DNA of 64,000 nucleotides from an uncultured Acidobacteriota bacterium (GTDB lineage Bacteria > Acidobacteriota > Blastocatellia > RBC074). Every line of letters begins with the position of its first letter. Positions within the stretch are counted from its first letter, which is position 1. A program made the translations under genes and the position numbers. Shown here one piece after another: positions 41,234 through 51,557 of this stretch. The notes beneath the pieces are model-generated. The model was not told where the DNA came from and did not search any database. It saw only the letters and a list, made by a program, of their open reading frames with translations. Where the stretch lies: NCBI GenBank assembly GCA_963796275.1, contig CAWCKY010000001.1:320001-384000 (forward strand), read 5' to 3'.

Positions 41234-44200
41234 TTGAGTTTTCAGCGTTTCGAAGTTGATGAAAATTTTCAGCGTCTGGTCGCGGAAGTTCGCGCAGGCC
41301 GGCGGCTGGTGCAGGTTGCCGGGCTTGGTAGCGGCGCCAAAGCTCTTATGCTCGCTGCCCTGCAGCGCGCGACAGCCAGGCGTCTGGCGGTCGTCAGTCT
41401 TAAAGGCAATGAGCTTGAAGCGCTAGAACGCGATTTGAAGTTTTTCTATTGCGCCTTCAATAACCGCGCCGAATGCGATAACCAGCTCTTCACGCTGCCT
41501 TCTTCGGAAACCGATCCATATGGCGGCACTTCGCCACATGCCGATGTCCTGGAACGGCGCGCGCTTGCTCTGTGGCGTTTGACCGCGGGCGCCGGGGATA
41601 TCGTGCTGATGACCGCTCGCTCATTAATGCGGCGGTACGTGGCAATCGGTCAGATTAAGCAGGCGATTGTCACCTTGCGCGCCGGCGAAGAGCTCCCTCT
41701 CGATTACTTGATAGAACATCTCGCAGCGGTGGGTTACGTGCGTTCCGATCCGGTGGGAAATATTGGCGAGTTCTCCTGGCGCGGCGGCATTCTGGATTTC
41801 TATTCTCCCAGCGGAAGCCTGGGAAGAGATGCGGGCGCACCTATGCCTGTCCGCGTGGAATTTTTTGGCGATGAGATCGATTCTATCCGCGAATTCGACC
41901 CCGAAACGCAACGATCGATTGGCGAGATCGAAGAGACGCTGATCGTCCCCATGCGCGATGAGCGCGCTGGGGCGGAAGATTTCCGGCGCTGGGCGCAACT
42001 CGCGCGCGCTCATTGGAACGACGAGCGCTACGATCGCGCCTTGCGCGACAGGCTCACTTTCGCAGACGAGGGTGAAGAGTTTCAGGGCTGGGAATATCTC
42101 CTACCGCTGGCACAGCCGCTCGAAGCCTCGGTCTTCGATTACCTCAAGGGGATGCTCATTGTTATCGACGAGCCTGCGGAAATCGAAAAGACCGTCCGCT
42201 CGATCTTCGAAGAATCAGCCCGCGGTTATGAACGAACGGAGGCGGCGGATGAGCTCTCCCTGACGCCGGAAAAGCTCTTCCTGACTCCCGATGAGCTACG
42301 CGAACAACTGGGGAATATCGATCGTATCGATCTACGCTTGCTCGGAAACTCCGCGCTCGCATTCGAAGAAGAATTGGCAACCGAAGAGATCAGCGCAGGC
42401 GCGCTGGTCAGAGCCTCCGCCGGTGCGCGCTTCGATGCCTTCATCAGTCGCGATCCATCTGCACCGCTCTTCCTCTTTCCGCCCCATCCCGGAGCCACCG
42501 AGTTTGAAATATCATCTCGAGCAGTGCGCCGCTGGCATGGGCGCTTTGCCGACCTATCAGCAGAACTCAAACGAGAAGCCGCAGAGGCCCAGACAGTTTT
42601 CGTCCTACCGAGTAGCGGCGTGGCCGAGCGTATCGGCAAGGTGCTGAGCGAATACGAAGTGATGGGCCTTGCGCTTTGCGGAACCCGGGCCGCGGATTAA
42701 GGATTCTTCGCCCGCCGAGAACCAGTCGCACGAAAAGTCGCGCAATCAAAATCAAAATAAGATTGCGATCCCCCATCCCCAACCCGCGATTCTTATAACG
42801 GTCGGCGATTTATCAGTCGGCTTCGCCTTACCGCAGTGCCGTCTCACTGTCTATACAGAAGCTGATCTATTCGATGAAGCGATACACGCCGAACGCGAGC
42901 GGCCGGACAAATCCAAACGCTCGCAAGCATCGGCATTTCTCTCGGATTTCCGCGACCTCAAGATAGGCGATTACGTCGTACACATCGACCACGGGATCGG
43001 CCAGTTTCAGGGCCTGGTACAACTCGCAACGGGTGGCTATGAAACCTCGGCGGATGTCTACGCGCGAATGATCGGCGCTGAAACGAGAAATGAAACCAAC
43101 GGCAAGCGCGAATTCATGCTGCTCACCTATGCCGATGGCGCCAAGCTCTACGTTCCGGTGGAACGGCTAGATCTGGTGCAAAAATATTCGAGTTCCGAGG
43201 GACACACTCCCTCGCTCGACCGGCTCGGGGGCATCGCATGGCAGAAGACGAAGGCTCGGGCCCGGCGGGCGATGCGCGATATGGCCGAAGAGCTTCTGAA
43301 ATTGTACGCCGAACGGAAGCTGGTCAAAGGATATACCTTCAGCGGCGATACCCCGTGGCAACAGGAATTTGAAGACGCCTTCCCTTTCGAACTGACGCCG
43401 GATCAGGCTACTGCCATTATCGACACAAAACGCGATATGGAACAGGAGATGCCGATGGACAGGCTTTTATGCGGCGATGTCGGTTATGGGAAGACCGAAG
43501 TCGCGATGCGCGCTGCATTCAAAGCGGTCATGGACGGCAAGCAGGTAGCAGTCCTTGCGCCCACAACAGTATTGAGCTTTCAGCATTACCAGACGTTCCG
43601 TTCGCGCTACGCCGTCTTCCCGGTCCGGGTCGATCTCCTCTCCCGCTTTCGATCGCCCAAGGAACAGCGTGAGGTCGTCGCAGCGGTAGAGGCCGGCTCA
43701 GTCGACATATTGATCGGGACCCACCGCATCCTCTCGCGCGATATCAATTTTAAAGACCTCGGGCTCGTGATCGTCGACGAGGAACAGCGCTTCGGCGTCG
43801 CGCACAAGGAACGATTGAAGCAGATGAAGAAGCGGGTGGACGTTTTGACGATGAGCGCCACGCCGATCCCGCGCACACTAAACATGTCCTGCATGGGCTT
43901 ACGCGATATGTCGATTATCGAGACGCCCCCCAGGGATCGCCTTTCCATTCAGACAAACGTCGTTTTGTTTTCCGACAACATCGTTCGCAGCGCGATCGAA
44001 CAGGAACTGCAGAGGCAGGGCCAGGTATTCTTTGTCCACAACCGCGTCGAATCGATCGCAACGGTTGCCGAGCTGATCCATCGCATAGTTCCGTCAGCCC
44101 GGTTGGTCGTCGCACACGGGCAGATGGGCGAAAAGGAGATGGAGCAGGCCGTGCTCGATTTCGTCGATTACCAATACGATGTGCTGGTGGCGACGACTAT

Positions 44201-45017
44201 TATCGAGAACGGCATCGATATTCCCCGCGCCAACACGATTATCATCAACCGCGCCGACAACTATGGGCTGGCTCAGCTCTATCAGCTTCGCGGGCGCGTC
44301 GGACGTTCAAATCGCCGGGCCTATGCGTATCTTCTGATCCCCTCGGAACAAGAGCTGACGCCGATCGCGAAGCGGCGGCTGGCGGCTATCCGTGAGTTCT
44401 CGGACCTGGGTGCGGGCTTTCGCATCGCAGCGCTCGATCTGGAGCTGCGCGGCGCCGGCAACCTGCTCGGAGGCCAACAATCTGGGCACATCGAGGCGAT
44501 CGGCTTCGACCTCTACACGAGGATGCTTGAACGGACTACGCAAGAGCTGCGGGGCGAAGTCGCTGAAGAAGAGGTCAACACCCAACTCAACCTGGGCGTG
44601 GATACGCGTATTCCGGACGACTATGTCTCGGATATGAGCCAGCGTTTGCGCACCTATAAACGCATTGCCTCGACCGTTTCGGATGAAGAGCTGCACCGTA
44701 TTCGCGATGAAGTCGCCGATCGATATGGAAGATTGCCGGCCGCTGTCGAAAACCTCTTTCGCTACGCGCGCACTCGACGAGAGGCCGAACGCGCAGGCAT
44801 TGTATCGATCGATCGCGCCGGAGATAGTCTGACCATCAAACTTGGCGAAAAGGCCAGGGTCGCACCCGAAAGTCTCGTCAAGTTTCTGGCCGAGAACAGG
44901 GTCGCAACTTTCTCGCCGACGGGGGTGCTTAAAGTGAAGATGGGATTGGAGAACCGCGAAGATAGCGCCCTGCAAATCTTTGCTATATTGAACGATATTT
45001 TAAATCAATTACGATGA
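41234..45017 (+). CDS. mfd: Transcription-repair coupling factor, split by a frameshift near 42660-42700
   Basis: UvrB-like N-part ([34 protein letters not shown]) in one frame. RID/helicase/TRCF part ([36 protein letters not shown]) in the next frame. Confidence 0.93.
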
Positions 45018-45245
45018 CGACTACGATGACGACGAATTTCTGTGCCGTCTCGTCAACGCGGACGCAGTGGGCGGAGAGAAAGATTAAAGACCACGCACAA
45101 TTTCGGTCGCGGCGCCGGACGTCATTAGGCTTCAATAATTCCCGACCCCTATAAAGCGCCTAAAGTCTTGCGGGCGCTAGTCTACACATCGTACAATTCA
45201 CTTTTCAATGGGTTTCCATCACTGACCCCAGCGAATGGCTGCAAT

Positions 45246-46244
45246 ATGCGAATCAAATTAATAGCTCTTGCTATTCTCCTTATGAGCTGGATGCTAGCCG
45301 GTTGCCGATCATCGGGAGCAACGCCGTTCGGATCGACCGCCGAAGATAATTCTCCGGTAATTCTATTGATCAACGGTACTCCGGAGCGCCAATCCGCCTT
45401 CGATCGATTCATCAAGGCGCGGCTCGCTGATTTCTCTTCGCAGGAGGTACAAACTCCATCGGATTATGATCAGACCCGCAGTCAACTCCTCGACCGGTTT
45501 ATTTTGCGGCAGGTGATTGTGCGTGAGGCGCAGGAGAAAAAAATAGAACCGACGGATGATGAGATCCTCCAGGCTATGGAAGCTCAACACAAGCAGACGA
45601 GCGCCTCCAATAGCGCCGTCAATTCCGAGAGTCCGGACCAGTCTCTGTCTACTCTCGAGGGCGGCGATCGAAGGGTCGAGATCTACTACGATCTGGTTAT
45701 GCTCAAATTCTATGAGCAGGAAGTGAATGAAGCCGTCAAGGTAACACCAGAGGAGATTGAAAGTTATTACAACTCAAATCCGGAGCGATTTCAGGGTAAG
45801 AACGGCTTTTATGTGCGCGAGATTCGCGTGCGGCAGCAGTCAGAAGCTGTTCGGCTGCTCCGGCAGGCGCTGGCAAAACCGCGGGATTTCGCTGTGCTAG
45901 CCAAGGAGCACTCCGAAGCGCCCACAGCGGAGAACGGCGGTTTAATTTATTATGAAACACAGCAGCTGCCGCAGGTGATGGAGCAAGCGATTGTGTCGCT
46001 TAAAGTCGGTTCGATCAGCAACGTAGTGCAGTCGAGTTATGGCTTTCATATCTTCAAACTGGAACAGCGGACAGAGCCGCTGCCGCTGGAGAAGGTAAGA
46101 AAAGAGATAGCTGAAAAAATATTGACCGAGAAGAATCAGGCGCTGATTGACGAATTCAACAGACGAGCCGTTGCCGGCGCACGGATCGAGATTTATCGAA
46201 ACCGGCTGGGGTTCAATTATAACGGGAGTCTAGCTGGGTCATGA
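45246..46244 (+). CDS. SurA/PpiC-type peptidylprolyl isomerase, probable lipoprotein
   Basis: Lipobox LAGC; FAVLAKEHSE...GG and SSYGFHIFKL parvulin motifs. Confidence 0.85.
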   Translation: MRIKLIALAILLMSWMLAGCRSSGATPFGSTAEDNSPVILLINGTPERQSAFDRFIKARLADFSSQEVQTPSDYDQTRSQLLDRFILRQVIVREAQEKKIEPTDDEILQAMEAQHKQTSASNSAVNSESPDQSLSTLEGGDRRVEIYYDLVMLKFYEQEVNEAVKVTPEEIESYYNSNPERFQGKNGFYVREIRVRQQSEAVRLLRQALAKPRDFAVLAKEHSEAPTAENGGLIYYETQQLPQVMEQAIVSLKVGSISNVVQSSYGFHIFKLEQRTEPLPLEKVRKEIAEKILTEKNQALIDEFNRRAVAGARIEIYRNRLGFNYNGSLAGS

Positions 46245-47512
46245 ATTACGCCGGGTTGTTGCGCAAGCCGGACGGGGTGTGTGCGTTCTTATGTATGGGG
46301 GGCGTAATAAAAGAGGAGATAACTTATGAAATATCAATGAAATATTCAATGAAATATTCAATGATAGCTATTTTGCTGGGACTCGCGCTCATAAGCGCAC
46401 AAAAGGCTTATGCTCAGGAAGGCGAAGCGAAATTGGTCGATGAAGTGATCGCTCGCGTCGATGCAAGTGTGATCATGCGCTCAGCTTTTGAAGCCGAGCA
46501 GAAACGATTGCTCGAAGCGCTCAAACAGGAAGGGCTAAAAGGAGAGGAGCTGGAGAAAAAATTCAAGGAATATCAGCCGCAAATCCTTGATACTTTGATC
46601 AACACGCAGCTGTTGGCTAAGCGCGCCAAAGATCTTTCGATCAATGTCGAGCCGCAGGTCAACCAACAGCTATTACGATTGATGAAAGATCAAAATTGCG
46701 ACACGATCGAATGTCTGGGCCAGAAAATGCGCGATGTCGGATACGATATAGATGAAGTCCGCCGCAACATGACAGACGAGATATCCAGGCAGATGGTGAT
46801 TAATAATGAGGTGATTTACCGCATTGCAAGGGAAGCCACCGAGAAAGAGCAGCGCGAGCTCTATGACAAGTATAAATCGTCACCGGAATTCACCGAACCC
46901 GCCGAGATAACGCTTAGCCGCATCTATATCTCGTTCGGCAAGGATGCAGAACAGGCGCTTCAGCGGGCCAAAGAGATAGCCGCACAGTGCAAAGGAGGCA
47001 CCACCGACTTTGCAGCCACCGCAAAACAGTATTCGGAAGAACCCATCGGTAAAGAGGGCGGGAAACTTGGTCCGGCCATCAAAGTCGACCAGCTTACCCC
47101 AGAAATAAAGACGCTCGTCGAAAAAGCTCCGGTGGGAACCATTACCGATCCGGTGAAACTCGAGAACGGTTATTACATATTCCGGGTCGATGATCGAAAA
47201 GAAGAGAAGGTGTTGCCATTCGAAGACCCAGCGGTAAAGGAGCGTCTCACAAGCGCCATCATCCGCCAGCAAGGCGATAAAGAGGTCGAGGAGTATCTGA
47301 TTAAATTGCGCGACCAGGCCTTTATCGAAATCGATCCACGCTATCAGTTCGAGAACTCCAAGGTGAAGTCAGCTCAGATCAAACGGGTTCCTTACATGGA
47401 GGAAAAAGAGAGGAAGAGAGAGAAAGAGCGAGAGAAAAAGGAGAAGGAAAAGGAAGCCAAGGATAAGAAGTCTGAAACACCGGCAAAAACCACAGCCAAC
47501 AATAAGCCGTAG
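46241..47512 (+). CDS. SurA/PpiC-type peptidylprolyl isomerase (true start probably ~46337-46361)
   Basis: LVDEVIARV SurA N-domain; FAATAKQYSE...GGKLG and GYYIFRV. Confidence 0.85.
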   Translation: MNYAGLLRKPDGVCAFLCMGGVIKEEITYEISMKYSMKYSMIAILLGLALISAQKAYAQEGEAKLVDEVIARVDASVIMRSAFEAEQKRLLEALKQEGLKGEELEKKFKEYQPQILDTLINTQLLAKRAKDLSINVEPQVNQQLLRLMKDQNCDTIECLGQKMRDVGYDIDEVRRNMTDEISRQMVINNEVIYRIAREATEKEQRELYDKYKSSPEFTEPAEITLSRIYISFGKDAEQALQRAKEIAAQCKGGTTDFAATAKQYSEEPIGKEGGKLGPAIKVDQLTPEIKTLVEKAPVGTITDPVKLENGYYIFRVDDRKEEKVLPFEDPAVKERLTSAIIRQQGDKEVEEYLIKLRDQAFIEIDPRYQFENSKVKSAQIKRVPYMEEKERKREKEREKKEKEKEAKDKKSETPAKTTANNKP

Positions 47513-47593
47513 TAGCTTGTTCGTGGCGGACAGGAGAGCGAGACCTGCCTCACTCGCAATCGATTAAGGAAGCTATTGTGATGAGGTAGTTTT

Positions 47594-48694
47594 ATGGACA
47601 AAATCTTCATCAGTGATCTCGTGACGAATCAGACTGTGAGCACCACCTTCCTCGTCAAATCAAAGGAACTGAGAGGCAAGAAGACCGGGGGCCAGTTCGC
47701 GTTGATCACGCTCGGGGATAAGAGTGGCGATATCATAGGTCAGTGGTGGGATAATTTCGAGGATGCTATCGATACATTTGACCGGGACGATATCGTGTTC
47801 GTGAGAGGCCTGGTCAACTGCTATCGCAATCATCTTCAGATATCCATCCATCGGATGAGGCTCTGCCAGGAACACGAGATCGATCTGGCGCATTACTTCC
47901 CGACGACCAAATTCGACGTCGAAGCTATGTTTGCCGAACTGATGAGTATCATCCGCGAGTTCCAAAACCCTTTTCTGCGGAACTTGCTCGAGAAGATATT
48001 CTCTGATGAGGCCACGGCCAGGAAATTCAAGAAAGCGCCGGCAGCGAAGACGATGCATCATCCATACCTCGGCGGTCTGCTGGAGCACACTCTATCGCTC
48101 GTCAAACTCTGCCGCAAAGTTGGCGAACATTACGAGGGGATCGATATTGATCTCCTGCAAACGGGCGCAGTATTGCACGATTTCGGCAAGATCGATGAAT
48201 TGAGCTATGAGCGCGGGTTCGGTTATACGAACGATGGGCAGATGATCGGCCATCTGGTGATGGAGACGATTATGGTCTCCGATCATATCCGCGAGATTCC
48301 GGGTTTTCCCGAGGAGTTGAGACGCCACTTGCTACACCTGCTGTTGGCGCATCACGGCAAACTCGAATACGGCTCGCCCAAGTTGCCGGTGACGCCGGAA
48401 GCGCTGATGCTCGCGTATCTCGATGATCTGGATTCAAAAATCGAGGCAATGCAAAGATTGATCTCGGAGCCGCACGCGGCGGGAGACTGGTCGCGCATCT
48501 CGCCGATGTTCGAACGGCCCATCTATCGCCGTCGCACCGTAGCGGGCGATTCTGCACTGGAACAGGCGGCTGTCGCGGCTGTCGGCTCAACACAAAATGA
48601 GAAGGCGAACGCTCATATCCTTAGATCGACCGCGCGTCCGGATAGTTTCAATACACCATTTGAGCAGTTGTCTGATTTGTTGAAGGATCAATGA
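47594..48694 (+). CDS. OB-fold + HD-domain 3'-5' exoribonuclease (YhaM/Cbf1 family)
   Basis: PAAKTMHHPYLGGLLEHT, LHDFGK, HHGKLEYGSP and DDLDSK motifs. Confidence 0.92.
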   Translation: MDKIFISDLVTNQTVSTTFLVKSKELRGKKTGGQFALITLGDKSGDIIGQWWDNFEDAIDTFDRDDIVFVRGLVNCYRNHLQISIHRMRLCQEHEIDLAHYFPTTKFDVEAMFAELMSIIREFQNPFLRNLLEKIFSDEATARKFKKAPAAKTMHHPYLGGLLEHTLSLVKLCRKVGEHYEGIDIDLLQTGAVLHDFGKIDELSYERGFGYTNDGQMIGHLVMETIMVSDHIREIPGFPEELRRHLLHLLLAHHGKLEYGSPKLPVTPEALMLAYLDDLDSKIEAMQRLISEPHAAGDWSRISPMFERPIYRRRTVAGDSALEQAAVAAVGSTQNEKANAHILRSTARPDSFNTPFEQLSDLLKDQ

Positions 48695-49320
48695 TGATTT
48701 CAGGTATTCTATTGGCCGCTGGGGAATCGAAGCGGATGCAGGGAGCGTTCAAGCCTCTACTAAAATGGGGTAAGCGCACGATTATCGGTGAATGCATTCA
48801 TCAGATGCGTAATTCACGGTTAGCCGAAATATTCGTCGTTCTCGGGCATCGCGAGCTCGACGTTCGCCAGAGCCTAGCGGGATCGGGCGTGCAGTATGCC
48901 ATCAACAAGAACTACAAAAAGGGAATGCTGAGCTCGGTCAAAACCGGACTGTCGATAATCGGCCCAAACGAGGATGCGGTTCTCATTGGGCTGGTCGATC
49001 AACCGATGATCAAATCGAGCCTGATCGATAAACTGATCCTCGCCTTCGAAGAGGGTGAAAAAGGAATTGTGTTGCCGAACTATCAAGACAAGCATGGCCA
49101 TCCGATCATAATCAGCACCGGTTATGTGGATGAAATCATGCAGATCGAAGACAACACGGAAAGCGGTTTGCGCAAACTGATCGACGCCAACCGCGGAGAC
49201 TGGCTGGAGGTGCCTGTCGATACATCCGATGTGATCGAGGACATCGACTCCCCCGAAGATTATCAGCGCCTGAGCCGACAAGTTGCGCCACTTTATGCAT
49301 ATAACAAGTGGCATCCTTAA
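48691..49320 (+). CDS. MocA-like nucleotidyltransferase
   Basis: LLAAGESKRM, GMLSS, LVDQP, GHP and DIDSPEDY motifs. Confidence 0.88.
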   Translation: MMISGILLAAGESKRMQGAFKPLLKWGKRTIIGECIHQMRNSRLAEIFVVLGHRELDVRQSLAGSGVQYAINKNYKKGMLSSVKTGLSIIGPNEDAVLIGLVDQPMIKSSLIDKLILAFEEGEKGIVLPNYQDKHGHPIIISTGYVDEIMQIEDNTESGLRKLIDANRGDWLEVPVDTSDVIEDIDSPEDYQRLSRQVAPLYAYNKWHP

Positions 49321-49445
49321 AATGTAAGGGCAAAGGGAAACAATAAGGGCGAAGAAAGGCAAAAGAGGCAAAAATTTTTGTCTTTTTTGCCTCTTTTTGC
49401 CCTTTTTTCTTTTCGTGATATGAGTACCGCGATCCGCAAATTAAT

Positions 49446-50903
49446 ATGGCTTACGCAGACCTGCGAGAATTCATCAAGATTTTAGATAAGAACGGGGAGC
49501 TCAAAAGAATCGGTCTCCCGGTGTCGAGCGATCAGGAGATCACTGAGATCACTGATCGTGTGTCCAAGTCGACCGGCCACAACAAAGCGCTGCTCTTCGA
49601 GAACGTCGATGGCGGTGATATCCCGGTTTTGATCAATGCGTTGGGAAGCCGCCGGCGAATGGAATTGGCGCTCGAAGTAGATAATGTCGAAGACGTCGCC
49701 GCACGATTGACCGAATGGCTCGATTTCAAGTCCCCCGAAGGGCTGCTCGAGAAAGTGAAGATGCTGCCCAAGCTTGCTGAGCTCGGAAAATACTTCCCGC
49801 GGACCGTGAAGTCCGGACCGTGTCAGGAAGTGATAAGAGATCATGGTGAATTTTCTCTCTTCGATTTTCCGATCCTGAAATGCTGGGAAGCTGATGGCGG
49901 TCGTTTCATCACTTTCCCCATGGTCATCACCAGAAATCCGCGGACGGGGAAACGCAACTGCGGAATGTACCGCATGCAAGTCTACGATGGAGAGACGACG
50001 GGGATGCATTGGCAGATTCACAAGCACGGCGCGGCGCATCACCGCGACGAAGAGAAGCGCGGTGCCGAAAGAATGGAGGTTGCGGTGGCGATCGGCGCTG
50101 AACCGATCACGAACTTCGCCGCGACGCTTCCGCTCCCGGACGATCTCGACGAACTGATCTTCGCCAGCTTTCTCCGCGAAAAACCGATCGAGATGGTCAA
50201 GTGCCTTTCGATCGACCTCGAAGTACCTGCCACAGCGGAGATAATTCTGGAAGGATATGTAGATCCTTCAGAGAGACGGCTCGAAGGGCCTTTCGGCGAT
50301 CACACGGGTTTTTACACGCTAGAAGAACCATACCCGGTCTTTCATGTGACGACGGTCACGCATCGCAAAAAACCGATCTACCAGACGACAATCGTCGGGC
50401 GTCCTCCGATGGAAGATTATTGGATGGGTTGGGCGATAACGCGCATAACACTGCCGGTACTCAAACGCCAGCTACCCGAAATCGTCGACATGAACCTGCC
50501 TCCCGAAGGCATATTTCATAACCTCATGGTCATCTCGATTCGCAAGCAGTATCCGGGCCACGCTCGCAAGATAATGAACGCGATCTGGGGTTTGGGGCAG
50601 GCCATGTTCACCAAATGCATCGTGGTCGTCGATGAAGACGTAAATGTGCAGGACCCCGGGGAAGTCGCCTGGAAGGTTCTCAACAATATCGATCCGGAAC
50701 GCGACATTCAGTTTATGCTCGGCCCGGTCGATGTGCTGGATCACAGCTCGCGACAGACCGGATTCGGTTCGAAGATGGGAATCGACGGGACGCGTAAATG
50801 GAAGGCAGAAGGATTCGATCGCCGCTGGCCCAAAGAGAACAGCACGAGTGCGGAAGTGAAGCGGATGGTGGATGAAAAGTGGAAGAAATTAGGCCTGGGT
50901 TGA
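49446..50903 (+). CDS. UbiD-family (menaquinone biosynthesis, MqnL-type) decarboxylase
   Basis: DLREFI, NCGMYRMQ, EGPFGDHTGFY, GRPPMED and GSKMGIDGT motifs. Confidence 0.93.
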   Translation: MAYADLREFIKILDKNGELKRIGLPVSSDQEITEITDRVSKSTGHNKALLFENVDGGDIPVLINALGSRRRMELALEVDNVEDVAARLTEWLDFKSPEGLLEKVKMLPKLAELGKYFPRTVKSGPCQEVIRDHGEFSLFDFPILKCWEADGGRFITFPMVITRNPRTGKRNCGMYRMQVYDGETTGMHWQIHKHGAAHHRDEEKRGAERMEVAVAIGAEPITNFAATLPLPDDLDELIFASFLREKPIEMVKCLSIDLEVPATAEIILEGYVDPSERRLEGPFGDHTGFYTLEEPYPVFHVTTVTHRKKPIYQTTIVGRPPMEDYWMGWAITRITLPVLKRQLPEIVDMNLPPEGIFHNLMVISIRKQYPGHARKIMNAIWGLGQAMFTKCIVVVDEDVNVQDPGEVAWKVLNNIDPERDIQFMLGPVDVLDHSSRQTGFGSKMGIDGTRKWKAEGFDRRWPKENSTSAEVKRMVDEKWKKLGLG

Positions 50904-51111
50904 GCAGTAAATGACAAACTGAATGCCACCTGGTAATCAGATCCAGTCAAATACATCATCGCTTCTCGCATCGCTCCACCGATTGATAACTACGGGTGGG
51001 AGGTTTTTGAAGAAGAATTTGACCCTGACCCGATGATTCATAAACGCGAGAGATCCATTAAATAGCTGCGTTAATCTCATCCGCGGCGCATGACAGAATC
51101 AGGACACCACT

Positions 51112-51480
51112 CTATTTTTGCCTTAGATAATCATCACTTCCATCTCGCCAATCCATTCTGATCGGGCTGAAGATATCGATTCCGTGGAAATCCTCGGGCG
51201 CCACAGCTTCGTGCGGGACGTTTGATGGAATCTCTACGATTTCGCCGGCCTTGAGCGTCAACTCTTGATCTCCGATTCGAAACTGCAGCGAACCGCTGAT
51301 GCAATAGCTGAACTGTTCGCTATCGTGATGGTGGCGGGGCACGACACAGCCTTTTTTCATCGTGATGAAGGCGAACGTGATATTGTCTCCGGTGAAGAAA
51401 CGGCGAGAGAAGAGATCAGTAACATTCTCTTCCGGAATTTCGCTGAGTTTGTGGTGTTTCATACTTATCCCCTTCTTCAA
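51112..51480 (-). CDS. Cupin-domain protein
   Basis: VPRHHHDSEQ...IPSNVPHE...DIFSP. Confidence 0.9.
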   Translation of the reverse strand: MKKGISMKHHKLSEIPEENVTDLFSRRFFTGDNITFAFITMKKGCVVPRHHHDSEQFSYCISGSLQFRIGDQELTLKAGEIVEIPSNVPHEAVAPEDFHGIDIFSPIRMDWRDGSDDYLRQK

Positions 51481-51557
51481 AGATTCACGACAACAGACAC
51501 ATAAGAGAACACGAAAAGCATGCTAGGTGTTTTTGTGTTCTCTCATGGTGAATTTAT

